Of a stretch of 64,000 bases of DNA, positions 12,468 through 23,661 are shown in pieces. The position numbers were made by a program, and so were the translations under genes. The notes beneath the pieces were generated by a model. It made no database searches. It was given only the letters and a program-made list of their open reading frames with translations, and was not told where the DNA came from. Where the stretch lies: assembly GCF_044704955.1 (NCBI RefSeq), contig NC_091999.1, forward strand, positions 58,342,001-58,406,000, read 5' to 3'. Every line of letters begins with the position of its first letter. Position 1 is the stretch's first letter. This stretch comes from Pristiophorus japonicus (taxonomy: Eukaryota).

Positions 12468-12476
12468 TCACTTGAC
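12468..12476 (-). pseudogene. IGHM: IgM heavy chain TM2 exon (V-K-stop)
   Basis: Minus strand tcttttacag|GTC AAG TGA; candidate polyA signals near 12404 and 12052. Confidence 0.85.
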
Positions 12477-12614
12477 CTGTAAAAGAGGGATAAAAGTTTG
12501 AAGCAGCGTTTTAGTGGTTTGGGGCATTAATTTCAGGGTTGTTATCAATGAAACATTTAGAGATTTGTCAAACCTCTTCAATCAACTCGAACTGAGTGCA
12601 TTGAATCTTCTCAC

Positions 12615-12742
12615 CTTCACCGGAGTGATGGCAGCGCTGTAGGAAATGTTCAGGAAGATCAAGATGATGAATGTGGAAGCGGTTGTCCAGAAGTTGCTGC
12701 TCTCGTCCTCATATTCTTCACTCCAGATGTGGTCTGAGGAAT
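12615..12742 (-). pseudogene. IGHM: IgM heavy chain TM1 exon
   Basis: (D)SSDHIWSEEYEDESSNFWTTASTFIILIFLNISYSAAITPVK with ag/gt boundaries; open frame. Confidence 0.92.
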
Positions 12743-13379
12743 CTACGGGATGTAGGGGAGGAAATATATTCAGATCGTTTGTTAACCCAAGATCTCATCT
12801 TATTATTACGTATTCTATTTTCTTTTTTTAAGGTGTTAGATTATTCTCTATTTTAATGTTCAATGTATGTCCTGTGTTAAGTTAATCACGCTCAGTAATC
12901 TATCTGTGTTTCTAATTCCACAGTCGTTCTTTCTTTATGATCCTTCTATAGTCGGGTTTGGAAAATATGACAGTTTTCCTTCAATGTCACAGGCTAATTG
13001 ATTTTGCATCAATTTCATAGGATTTACGATTCGGGAATAGTATGATGTAATATCGGGGGAACTATACTGAATATATCGATTAATTTAACAATAGCTTCAG
13101 ATAGCTAATTATTCGGAGACTGTCAAAGGGACAGGGTAAGACATCAGATGTGAGTTATAATCTGGATTAATTTGTGGTAGTCAAGGTTCTGAACATAATT
13201 AATTTGCATGAGTTTCCAACTAAGAACTTTGATTCAGTTTGCGTTCAGGACCAGAATATAGGAATGTTAGATATTATGGTATCAGAAATGATTTATTTAA
13301 TACAATCGTTGCAGACTGTCTGTTCAAAGAATTAATTTTAATTCTATATTCGTCTGTTACCTGACGTATTTTTTGCACT

Positions 13380-13784
13380 TTAGTGTTTGTGTTTGTGTGT
13401 ATGACGATTTCTTCTTTTGGTGTTGTCTGTGTTTGTGTGTTGATGTATGTTGATATGTAAGTTTGAATGTTTTAATGTGTCATTCCATATATTTATAATT
13501 ATGTGTAAGTGTTTGTGTATTTTTGTAAGTTTGTGTATGTTTACATGTAAGCCTTTATGTGTATATATGCAATTGTTTGTGGTTATGTTTAAATATGTCT
13601 ATTCTTTGTAAGTACGTTCATGTGCGTGTTTTAATGTGTTTGTGTATGGTTATGTGTACGTGTTGTTTATGTTTATGGGTAACAATGTGTGCATTTATGT
13701 GTAACTGTGTGTGTTCGCATGTAAATGTGTGTGTGTGTTATGCGTTAGTTAATTTGTGTTGAATATGTGTTTATGCAAGTGAAA

Positions 13785-13817
<33 letters not shown>

Positions 13818-14000
13818 TGCTTCTGTTTTATTTAAGGGTGTGTTTATTTTTGCTGTCATATTAATGGTGCTGTGGTTCTGACAATGACGGTGTGTATTAT
13901 ATTCTGGATATGCGTAATATCTTGTGTCAGTGTGTCAATGTGTGTGTTTATGTGTAAGTCGCTGTGTGTTTATGTGTAAATCCGTGTTGTGTTTATGTGT
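13380..14000. repeat. Degenerate (TG)n-rich low-complexity tract
   Basis: TG/TATG-rich, with a pure (tg)n run near 13797-13813. Confidence 0.85.
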
Positions 14001-14154
14001 AAGTGTGAACTTCCACAAAAACATACACTACTAACGTTTCCACGCATTCTTCCTCGCTCTGTGTAAATGTGTTCAGTGTGAGACACAATGTGACATCAGC
14101 TGACGGAATGCAACAAATGAATCGATGGGCATCTCTCTCTGGTGACATTGAGGG

Positions 14155-15125
14155 GTACAATGATTTAACAATTGCCCTTTGCCCTCTCGCTTGTGCGGAA
14201 GTCGGATACATTGGGTTAACAATTGCAGATTCCCCTCACTATGCTGGGGTAGTGGGCGGGTCAGTTAGTTAACAATTGTCCTTTCCCCTCTCTCTGGTGG
14301 GGGAGAGGGTTTACATCATCAAAGGCAGTCCCTCGCAATCAAGGAAGACTTGCTTCCACTCTTAGCCTGATTTCTTACGTGGCTGTACAGTCCAATAGGG
14401 AACCACAGTCTCTGTCACAGGTGGGAAAGACCGTGGTTGCGGGAAGGGGAAGATTTTACACGTTTGCCGCACGTTCCTTCCACTGCCTGCGCTTGATGTC
14501 TGAATGCTCTCGGCGACGAGACACGAGGGGCTCAGCGCCCTCACGGATGTACTTCCTCCATTTAGGGCGGTCTTTGGCCAGGGACTCTCAAGTGTCAGTG
14601 GGGATGTCGCACTTTATCAGGGAGGCTTTGTGGTCCCTTATAACGTTTCCCCTGCCCACCTTTGGCTCATTTGCCATGGGCGAGTTCCGAGTCGAGCGCT
14701 TGCTTTGGGAGTCTCGTGTCTGGCATGCAGACACTGTGGCCTGCCCAGAGCAGCTGATCAAGTGTGGTCAGTGCTTCGATGCTGGGATGTTGGCCTGCAC
14801 GAGGACGCTAATTTTGGCGCGTCTGTCCTGCCAGGGAACTTGTAGAATCTTGCAGAGACGGAGTGAAGTTACAGTGCATTAACAATTGCCGTTTCCCCTC
14901 ACTCTGGTGGGGCAGTGGGAAGTACAGTGGGTTCAGAATTGCCATTTCACCACTCTTTGGTATGGCAATGGGCTTACAGTGGGTGAATAATTGCCCTTTC
15001 ATCTCTCTCTGGTGGTGCAGTGGGAGGTACAGTAGGTTCAGAATTGCGCTTTCACCTCTCTGGTGGTGTAGTGGGAGGTACAGGGGGATAACAATTTCCA
15101 TTTCACCTCTCTCTGGTGGGGCGAT
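14155..15125. repeat. ~55-60-bp minisatellite split by an RTE insertion
   Basis: aacaattgccctttcccctctctctggtgg...agtgggaggtacagtgggtt units lie on both sides of 14313-14860. Confidence 0.7.
14313..14860 (-). mobile_element. RTE-clade LINE 3' fragment
   Basis: Minus-strand translation LCKILQVPWQDRR..ISVL.QANIP...QLLWAGH..MPDTRLPKQAL.SEL.HGK...GGQ.KRYK; (atg)n-type tail. Confidence 0.85.
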
Positions 15126-15568
15126 GGGAGATTCAGTTCGTGTTCGTGTGTGGACCTCATTTCAGATCCCAGAGTGTGCGATGCTGCCAAATAAATTGTC
15201 CCCAAATCTGAAGGGATGGACAACACGAGAAACAAGGGCACCGAAATATAAATGTACAGCATTTGTTTATCGGGAAATAGAACTATGCAGATTCTCCCAG
15301 TGGGACGAAAGTTGCTGAAATGACTTTGAGGTATCCTGTCATTAAAGAGCTTCTCTTTCTCTCCAACCTGTGGTGTATATGAGCTGAGAGCGCTGAATGT
15401 ACCAGCTTTGACCACAAGTCCGACAAATATTCTGCTTCAGATTAACAGCCCGCCCCTTGGCTAAAATAGGAAACAAAATTAATTGAGCGGCTGTGTGTGT
15501 AACTCACGATTGGAAGAAAAGGCCTTTATTGTTTTTTACTTAAGAACTGAAAGGCAATCGAGAGATTC

Positions 15569-15959
15569 TCATTGATAAGAATTGATGTTGTCCATCAGAG
15601 CAAGGGAAATGTTCACAAAACAGGGTTTACCTCTGAATTTATTGATGGTTCTGTTGGTGATTTTCAAGGAAATCGCTTCATGTCCCACCACACAGGAGTA
15701 AGAGGCGCCGCGGGCCCACTCCTCGGCTGCAATGGATAGCAGGCTGTACATGAAGAAGGAGCTGCTGCCATTCTCCGCCATCACCTCGGTGTTCTGGTAG
15801 TTGTCGGAACCACCGGCTTGTCCTTGACGGTCCATTTGACGAAGATCTCTCGGGTGGAGAAACCTCTCACTAAGCAGGTGAGGCTGACCAACCTCTGAGT
15901 AGAGACTTCTTCTGCCGAGGGCAGGAGGACAGACAAGGCTGGTTCCCATGGATCTTTCG
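15569..15959 (-). pseudogene. IGHM: IgM CH4 exon plus secretory tailpiece (frameshifted)
   Basis: [49 protein letters not shown] / -1 frameshift ~15810 / [44 protein letters not shown]...[20 protein letters not shown]. Internal G|GTAAA donor at 15630; AATAAA at 15525-15530. Confidence 0.95.
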
Positions 15960-16862
15960 CTGTAGAACAGTTACAATAAAGGCCAATGAACTGGACAGTT
16001 CCAGAGACAATGGTGGGAGTTTTAATCTAATAAAGCAGGCGTATTGAGGGTGTGGGGGTGATTAAATTGGTAAAAATCGGCATCCCGACATCAACCCGAC
16101 CACTCCTGGTTGTAATATTGTATGTGAATAATATATTTATAGGAGGCTGGAATCCTCTATTTTAACCTCCATTCGGTTTTTAACTGTAGCTGGTCCGGCT
16201 TGACACACTGTGTAAATCGCAGCAGTTACAGCGATGCGGGGACGGCTGCACCCAGGTGGTTATTGCCCTTACACCTCCCTCCTGGATCCTGGGTCCCTGC
16301 TTAACCCACCCCCCGCGATCCGAGAGCTCCTCACTCGGATTCCAATCCTCCTATTCTCCCGGGTGGCCTTTGAGACCACCATCAACTCGCCTTCTCTGTT
16401 TACATTCGCCAATGTCCCGTGGTTGTACGTCGAGAAATATGCTCTTCGTTGACATTTAACGCTTTATTATTTCCCCTCTGGGGCCTCTCTGGTTTACCAT
16501 CCCGCAGCAGAGTGAACATAATCTTTCTCTCTGAAATCTTGAAGGGTTGGACTTGAATTTACTGCACAGATCAAGGAGATTTGGCCAACTGGTCTATGCT
16601 GGTGTGTATGTTCCACACATGCCTCCTCCTAGCTCACTTAATCTCATCCTAATAACATACCCTTCTATTCCTTTCTCGCTCATGGACTTATCCAGTTTCC
16701 CCTAAAATACATAACATCAGGTCCCAGAGTGCTGAGTTCGTGGAATTACCAAACTGAATGATCAGAGTAGCCAATTAAACACTTTAAATAATGAATTGGC
16801 CCTTGCACATGCAGCAGAAATAGTCACAGTATCTGACTTATTGCAACAATCTCCGCGCTATC

Positions 16863-17170
16863 CCTTTTCCTTGTGGATGGAATCTCTGATAGGAGTCGGT
16901 ATATCCTGATGGCTCACCATCCAGTAGAACTTATCCCCACTCAGCCAGTCTTGTGTCGAGATGTTTAAGTTGCTGATTACGCTGCTGGGATCCTCTCCGT
17001 GTTAGACGGCAATCTCTGATTTCAAAGCCTCCTTTTCTCAGGTCCAGGACTCGGTGAGCCCATAAGGAGCATCAGACACGACGCAGTTTAAGGTCACCGT
17101 CGCTCCAGTAAGTCCTGTGCCAGTGACTGTGGGCGAAGAGTGATTTTTGAATCGCTGCATGGGACATCCA
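16863..17170 (-). pseudogene. IGHM: IgM CH3 exon (disrupted)
   Basis: [99 protein letters not shown]; one frameshift, 2 stops, second Cys lost, donor not GT. Confidence 0.92.
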
Positions 17171-17482
17171 CTGCAAAACAGGAATGAAAGTCAGGAAAAG
17201 CTGCATCTTCAGAATCCGGACACCAATTTTTAGCCTTAACTCGTTCAAGGGGGATAAATCACTTTTGAGATATCAACCTCACGCTGTTGCTTTAACACCG
17301 GCGTTATTGGAAGGACAATGTATTGGCAACGATTCCGGGAGATCTGTAACATTTCCTGTGTATTTGAAGCCAGAGCCACCTGTAATGGGCTGTGAAGCAA
17401 ATAACCGGCGTAAAACGGGAATACATTGTGGTGCTATTGTGTTAGGCACTGAATAGCGCTCATCCTGAAACCCCTTGCTGCT

Positions 17483-20242
17483 TCAACATTCAGGAAGGAT
17501 AGAATAAAAGGAAAAGGAGGTGGGGTAGCATTGCTGGTTAAGGAGGAGATTAAGGCAATAGTTAGGAAGGACATTAGCTTGGATGATGTGGAATCTATAT
17601 GGGTAGAGCTGCAGAACAACAAAGGGCAAAAAACGTTAGTGGGAGTTGTGTACAGACCTCCAAACAGTAGTAGTGATGTTGGGGAGGGCATCAAACAGGA
17701 AATTAGGGGTGCGTGCAATAAAGGTGCAGCAGTTATAATGGGTGACTTTAATATGCACATAGATTGGGCTAACCAAACTGGAAGCAATACGGTGGAGGAG
17801 GATTTTCTGGAGTGCATAAGAGATGTTTTTTTTGACCAATAAGTCGAGGAACCAACTAGGGGGGAGGCCATCTTCGACTGGGTGTTATGTAATGAGAGAG
17901 GATTAATTAGCAATCTCGTTGTGCGAGGCCCCTTGGGGAAGAGTGACCATAATATGGTGGAATTCTGCATTGGGATGGAGAATGAAACAGTTAATTCAGA
18001 GACCATGGTCCAGAAGTTAAAGAAGGCTAACTTTGAAGGTATGAGGCGTGAATTGGCTGGGATGGATTGGCGAATGATACTTAAGGGGTTGACTGTGGAT
18101 GGGCAATGGCAGACATTTAGAGATCGCATGGATGAACTACAACAATTGTACATTCCTGTCTGGCATAAAAGTAAAAAAGGGAAGCTGGCTCAACCGTGGC
18201 TATCAAGGGAAATCAGGGATAGTATTAAAGCCAAGGAAGTGGCATACAAATTGGCCAGAAATAGCAGCGAACCTGGGGACTGGGAGAAATTTAGAACTCA
18301 GCAGAGGAGGGCAAAGGGTTTGATTGGGGCAGGGAAAATGGAGTATGAGAAGAAGCTTGCAGGGAACATTAAGACGGATTGCAAAAGTTTCTATAGATAT
18401 GTAAAGAGAAAAAGGTTAGTAAAGACAAACGTAGGTCCCCTGCAGTCAGAATCAGGGGAAGTCATAACGGGTAACAAAGAAATGGCGGACCAATTGAACA
18501 AGTACTTTGGTTCGGTATTCACGAAGGAGGACACGAACAACCTTCCGGTTATAAAAGTGGTCGGGGGGTCTAGTAAGGAGGAGGAACTGAGGGAAATCCT
18601 TATTAGCCGCGAAATTGTGTTGGGGAAATTGATGGGATTGAAGGCCGATAAATCCCCAGGACCTGATGGACAGCATCCAGAGTACTTAAGGAGGTGGCCT
18701 TGGAAATAGTGGATGCGTTGACAGTCATTTTCCAACATTCCATTGACTCTGGATCAGTTCCGATGGAGTGGAGGGTAGCCAATGTAACACCACTTTTTAA
18801 AAAAGGAGGGAGAGAGAAAACAGGGAATTATAGACCGGTCAGCCTGACATCGGTAGTGGGTAAAATGATGGAATCAATTATTAAGGATATCATAGCAGTG
18901 CATTTGGAAAGAGGTGACATGATAGGTCCAAGTCAGCATGGATTTGTGAAAGGGAAATCATGCTTGACAAATCTTTTGGAATTTTTTGAGGATGTTTCCA
19001 GTAGAGTGGATAAGGGAGAACCAGTTGATGTGGTATATTTGGACTTTCAGAAGACGTTCGAAAAGGTCCCACACAAGAGATTGATGTGCAAAGTTAGAGC
19101 ACATGGGATTGGGGGTAGTGTACTGACATGGATTGAGAACTGGTTGTCAGACAGGAAGCAAAGAGTAGGAGTAAATGGGTACTTTTCAGAATGGCAGGCA
19201 GTGACTAGTGGGGTACCTCAAGGTTCTGTGCTGGGGCCCCAGCTGTTTACACTGTACATTAATGATTTAGATGAGGGGATTAAATGTAGTATCTCCAAAT
19301 TTGCGGATGACACTAAGTTGGGTGCCAGTGTGAGCTGCGAGGAGGATGCTGTGAGGCTGCAGAGCGACTTGGATAGGTTAGGTGAGTGGGCAAATGCATG
19401 GCAGATGAAGTATAATGTGGATAAATGTGATGTTATCCACTTTTGTGGTAAAAACAGAGAGACAGACTATTATCTGAATGGTGACAGATTAGGAAAATGG
19501 GAGGTGCAAAGAGACCTGGGTGTCATGATACATCAGTCATTGAAGGTTGGCATGCAGGTTCAGCAGGCGGTTAAGAAAGCAAATGGAATGTTGGCCTTCA
19601 TAGCAAGGGGATTTGTGTACAGGGGCAGGGAGGTGTTGCTACAGTTGTACAGGGCATTGGTGAGGCCACACCTGGAGTATTGTGTACAGTTTTGGTCTCC
19701 TAACCTGAGGAAGGGCATTCTTGCTATTGAGGGAGTGCAGCGAAGGTTCACCAGACTGATTCCCGGGAAGGCGGGACTGACCTATCAAGAAAGACTGGAT
19801 CAACTGGGCTTGTATTCACTGGAGTTCAGAAGAATGAGAGGGGACCTCATAGAAACATTTTAAATTCTGACGGGGTTAGACAGTTTAGATGCAGGAAGAA
19901 TGTTCCCAATGTTGGGGAAGTCCAGAACCAGAGGTCACAGTCTAAGGATAAGGGGTAAGCCATTTAGGACCGAGATGCGGACGAACCTCTTCACCCAGAG
20001 AGTGGTGAACCTGTGGAATTCTCTACCACAGAAATTAGTTGAGGCCAATTCACTAAATATATTCAAAAAGGAGTTAGATGAGGTCCTTACTACTAGGGGG
20101 ATCAAGGGGTATGGCGAGAAAGCAGAAATGGGGTACTGAGGTTGAATGTTCAGCCATGAACTCATTGAATGGCGGTGCAGGCTAGAAGGGCTGAATGGCC
20201 TACTCCTGCACCTATTTTCTATGTTTCTATGTTTCTATGTTT
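17483..20242 (+). mobile_element. Young 5'-truncated CR1 LINE (partial APE + RT) in the IgM CH2-CH3 intron
   Basis: ORFs 17531-17842, 17882-18709, 18694-19863 and 19900-20139 tile ORF2 (YRPP, GDFN, SDH, PQGSVLGP, FADD) with few lesions; (ctatgttt)3 tail. Confidence 0.97.
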
Positions 20243-20634
20243 ACACCCATCTGTAGGTCCTTGCATCCAAACGCATCTCCGCTGGTTATAATAGTGTAAC
20301 CCAAATAGCCCGAAGGTCTAGAGGTCTACACCAGCATTACTCTGGTTCAAAACAAGTGTCAAATTAATTTCAGGATTTATGGGACAGCAGGAAACAAAGT
20401 TCTGTTTCTGGTCACTTGCTGTGATCTTTATTGCGTTGAAAATGTGCAGGAACCAGTCACAGCCCCCGTCAGAGGAGAAGTTCAAGGTCGGGAGAATGTA
20501 GTTCCAAAGGGTCTTTTGTGGTGGGGCATCATTTGTAATGATGTGATGTAGTTTGTTAATTTCTGTCATTACTGAACATTTATCATGTCTGGTGAGAGAG
20601 AGTCAGAGTTAAATATGATCTCAGGGCATTAATA

Positions 20635-21130
20635 GCAACATAGGAACAGGAGGAGGCCATTCAGCCCTTCCATCCTGTCCCGCAATCCAGTTAGATCAGG
20701 GCTGATCTACAGTCAACACCATATTCACGCCTTAGTTCTGTAACACTTGATAATCTTGCCTAACAAAAATCTATCAATCGCAGTTTTCAATTGAAACCAA
20801 GCTTCAGCAGCTTTTGGGGAGGGAAATCCAGACTTCCTGTGAAGAAATCCTTCCTGACATCACTTCCGCACGATCTCGCTCTAATTTTAAGATTCTGCTA
20901 TTTGTTCTGGACTTTTCCATCAAAGGAAATAATTGTTCTATATCTACTTGATCAATTGTATTTATCTACTTGAACACCTCAATTGTATCACCTCTTAATA
21001 TTCTCTACTCGTCTCCTCATCATTTTATTTTATTAGCTCCGGTATCATTCGGATAAACCTGCACTTTACCGCCTCCATGACCAGTATATCCTTCCTGAGG
21101 TGCGGAGCCCAGAATTGGGCTCAGTGCTCT
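20635..21130 (-). mobile_element. CR1 LINE 3' fragment
   Basis: aggaacaggaggaggccattcagccc (reverse 3' UTR) and a degenerate C-terminal ORF2. Confidence 0.7.
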
Positions 21131-21329
21131 GAATAGGGTAGATGCCCATTCCAACAGTGGGTTCCTGGACAGTTAGCAGTGAAGGGTTCCAGACCCTGAC
21201 TGCCGCTCCGTATATGATCAGCCAACTCAGGATAAACCTGAGAATAAGGGCACGTCACTCACTGCCTGAAATCAGAGCAGGGGGAAAGCTTCGTTGGCGA
21301 GTTTATTAAATCCTGAACAATGAGGAATC

Positions 21330-21755
21330 CTGAACCAGAAGATCGTGGGTTGAAGTCTCACTCCAGATACTTGATCACAAAATGTAAGCTGAGTTTCCCA
21401 GTACAGTACTGGGGGCGTGGTGCACTATCGGAGGTGCCGTCTTTCGGATCACGTGTTAAACCGAGGATCCATTTGGCCTCTTCGGTGGATGTAAATGATT
21501 CCCTGGAACTATTTCAATGAAAAGCCGAGGACTTTTCCTTAGTGGCCTGGGAATATTTATAGCTCAAAAAACACCACTAAGCAAAATATAATCTGGTCAT
21601 TAACACACTGCTGTTTGTGGGAGATTGCTGTGCACTAAATGATTGCTGCACGTTGTACATTACAACTGTGACCACATTTCACAACTTAATTCATTGGCTG
21701 GCAAGCGATTTGATTCAGACTAAGGTAGCTGAAGGCGCTGTTTCAAGGCAAGTTT
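21330..21755 (+). mobile_element. SacSINE1/DeuSINE-like SINE, near full length
   Basis: tRNA-like B box, central ggtggatgtaaa..tccc.ggaactattt (Deu-like) domain, and tail cattacaactgtgaccaca...cattggctg. Confidence 0.75.
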
Positions 21756-21889
21756 GTAATCACAAGAATATACAAACTGCATGATTGGAAATTAGGAATA
21801 GTTCGGTGCTTTTTACTAATTTCAATAAAAGTCCTGACTGAGATCAGCGCTCAGAATGGTCTGTAACCTCTCGGGATTGTGCTTCTTAC

Positions 21890-22207
21890 CCTGAGATCTG
21901 GTGAAGTTACGGCTTTGCGTGACCACTTCATGAGTGACCTAGCAGGTGTAGACCGAGCCGGTGAACCATTCCTCGGCGGGGACTGTCAGCCGACTGACCG
22001 CCGAGAAGTTCTCGTTCACCTCAAATACGGGAGAGGTGACGGAGCCCGAATCCAGGAGTTGTCCACTCTCCAGCCAATTCACGGTCAGTGACTTTGGCCG
22101 GAAATCGATGATTGAACACACGGCGCTTGCATATCTGCTGCTGGTGATTTGTTCAGTAGAACTCAGCGTGAGGAGAACAGTTGGAGGAATGATGTCGCGT
22201 TCAGAAT
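21890..22207 (-). pseudogene. IGHM: IgM CH2 exon (premature stop)
   Basis: [54 protein letters not shown]...[35 protein letters not shown]; ag/gtaag boundaries. Confidence 0.95.
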
Positions 22208-22329
22208 CTTCAAGAGAAGACAAATTATTGACATTGCTTGCAAAATCAATCATTAAGAAATGCAAAGTGTCCTTATATTTTAACAGGTTCCTCGCTGTCA
22301 GACTAACACTAACCTGGCATTTACAGAGA

Positions 22330-22770
22330 GCAGAACTGTGCACAGTCTTCTCAGTGTAATCTGCAGACCGGAACTGTGCATAATATTCTTAGTATGATCT
22401 GGAGACCAGAACGTTAAACAGTATTCCAAGAGTGATTAGGAGACCAGAACTGTAAACAATATTCTTGGTATGATATGGAGACCTGAACTGTGGACAGTAT
22501 TCTAAATGTGATATGGAAACCAGAACTGTGCATAATATTCTAAGTATGATAGAGAGACCAGAATTATACACAGTATTTTAATTGTGATATAGGAGACCAG
22601 AACGGTGCACAGTATTTTAAGTGCGATAGGGAGACCAGAACTATACACAGTACACTAAATGTGATCTGGAGAACAGAACTGTACACAGCATTCTAAGTGT
22701 AATATGGAGACCAGAACTGTACACTGCACTCTAAGTGTCGTCTAACCAAATTCCTGTACAAGTTGAACAT
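22330..22770. repeat. ~40-bp minisatellite (about 10 copies) derived from a CR1 segment
   Basis: Units ggagaccagaactgtacacagtattctaagtgtgat are the reverse complement of the CR1 '[11 protein letters not shown]' coding stretch. Confidence 0.85.
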
Positions 22771-22816
22771 ACCTTCTCATCTTATCACAGTTTGCCCTGT
22801 ATCCCACATCACTAAC

Positions 22817-23004
22817 CTGGCATTGTGATGGCCCAGACCGACACACCACGTCAAACCTCGCAGTAGATGGTGCTGCTGCACACCTCTGACTCGCTGATGG
22901 TTAACCGGCTCTTTATCTTTCTTCCAGGAAAGGCTGGTGATTTTATCTTTCTTCCAGGAAAAGCTGGTGATTTTGGGGGAGTAGTCCATCGCCAAACAGC
23001 GGAA
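22817..23004 (-). pseudogene. IGHM: IgM CH1 exon remnant (5'-truncated, internal duplication and deletion)
   Basis: FRCLAMDYSPKITSFSWKKDK[ITSLSWKKDK]EP/LTISESEVCSSTIYCEV*RGVSVWAITMP, then a gttagt donor. Confidence 0.9.
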
Positions 23005-23189
23005 GCAGTTTCCCCCTACTCAGCGCACTATGATCTGGGCTCTATTCCATGCTATTGAATGGACGTCTCTTGAGTTTCCTCCTTCCTCCCACTCAATAAA
23101 TAATCCGAATTAAATACCATTCCAAAATCCGGTTAATTGGAAGTTTCTCCTTAAAACGGTCCATTTCAATTCCCATTGTTGTTCTTGTT

Positions 23190-23410
23190 ATATAACAATG
23201 ACCTGGACTTGGTTATAGGGATTCCATCTCGAAGTTCGAAGATGAAGCAAAACCTGGCAACGTAGCCAATAGTGAGCATGATAGTAACAGACTTGAAGAG
23301 GAATCAGAGAGACGAGTGAAATGGGCCGGGACATGGCAGTGCAATTTAATGCGGATAATTGAGAAGCGGTATACTTTGGGTCGAACATGGAGAGGCAGTA
23401 TCATCTAAAT
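23190..23410 (+). mobile_element. CR1 RT fragment at the IgM/tRNA-array junction
   Basis: Degenerate Y.NDLD...ISKF.D.AK...WAGTWQ..FNA motif. Confidence 0.65.
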
Positions 23411-23580
23411 AGTATTGTTTTGAGGGGATACAAAAACAAAAATATCTGGATATTGCCCCCGTGTCAATATTACTAAAAATGTTCGTAAATGCTCACTGAA
23501 AGCCGATGTGTATGTGTTTGTATGTGGGGTTGGGGTTGAAGCCCAGATTCTCACAGAGACAGAATCCAGGTTCTCACAGG

Positions 23581-23661
23581 ACCAGGATAGCCGAGTGGTT
23601 GAGGCGTTGGCCTTAAAATTCAATGGTTTTCCCCGCGTGGGTTCGTATCCCACTCATGGTA
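23581..23661 (+). tRNA. tRNA-Leu(TAA) pseudogene
   Basis: accaggatagccgagtgg...cttaaaa...gttcgtatcccactcatggta; several stem mismatches. Confidence 0.8.

Noticed and set aside
14155-15125. G-rich tandem repeat as an Ig switch region
   Set aside because: Lies in the secretory-TM intron, is not AGCT-dense, and classical switch regions are not known in sharks.
17434-18738. Long minus-strand ORFs
   Set aside because: Antisense shadows of CR1 ORF2.
22330-22770. CRISPR-like periodic repeat
   Set aside because: No unique spacers, eukaryotic context, and the unit is CR1-derived.
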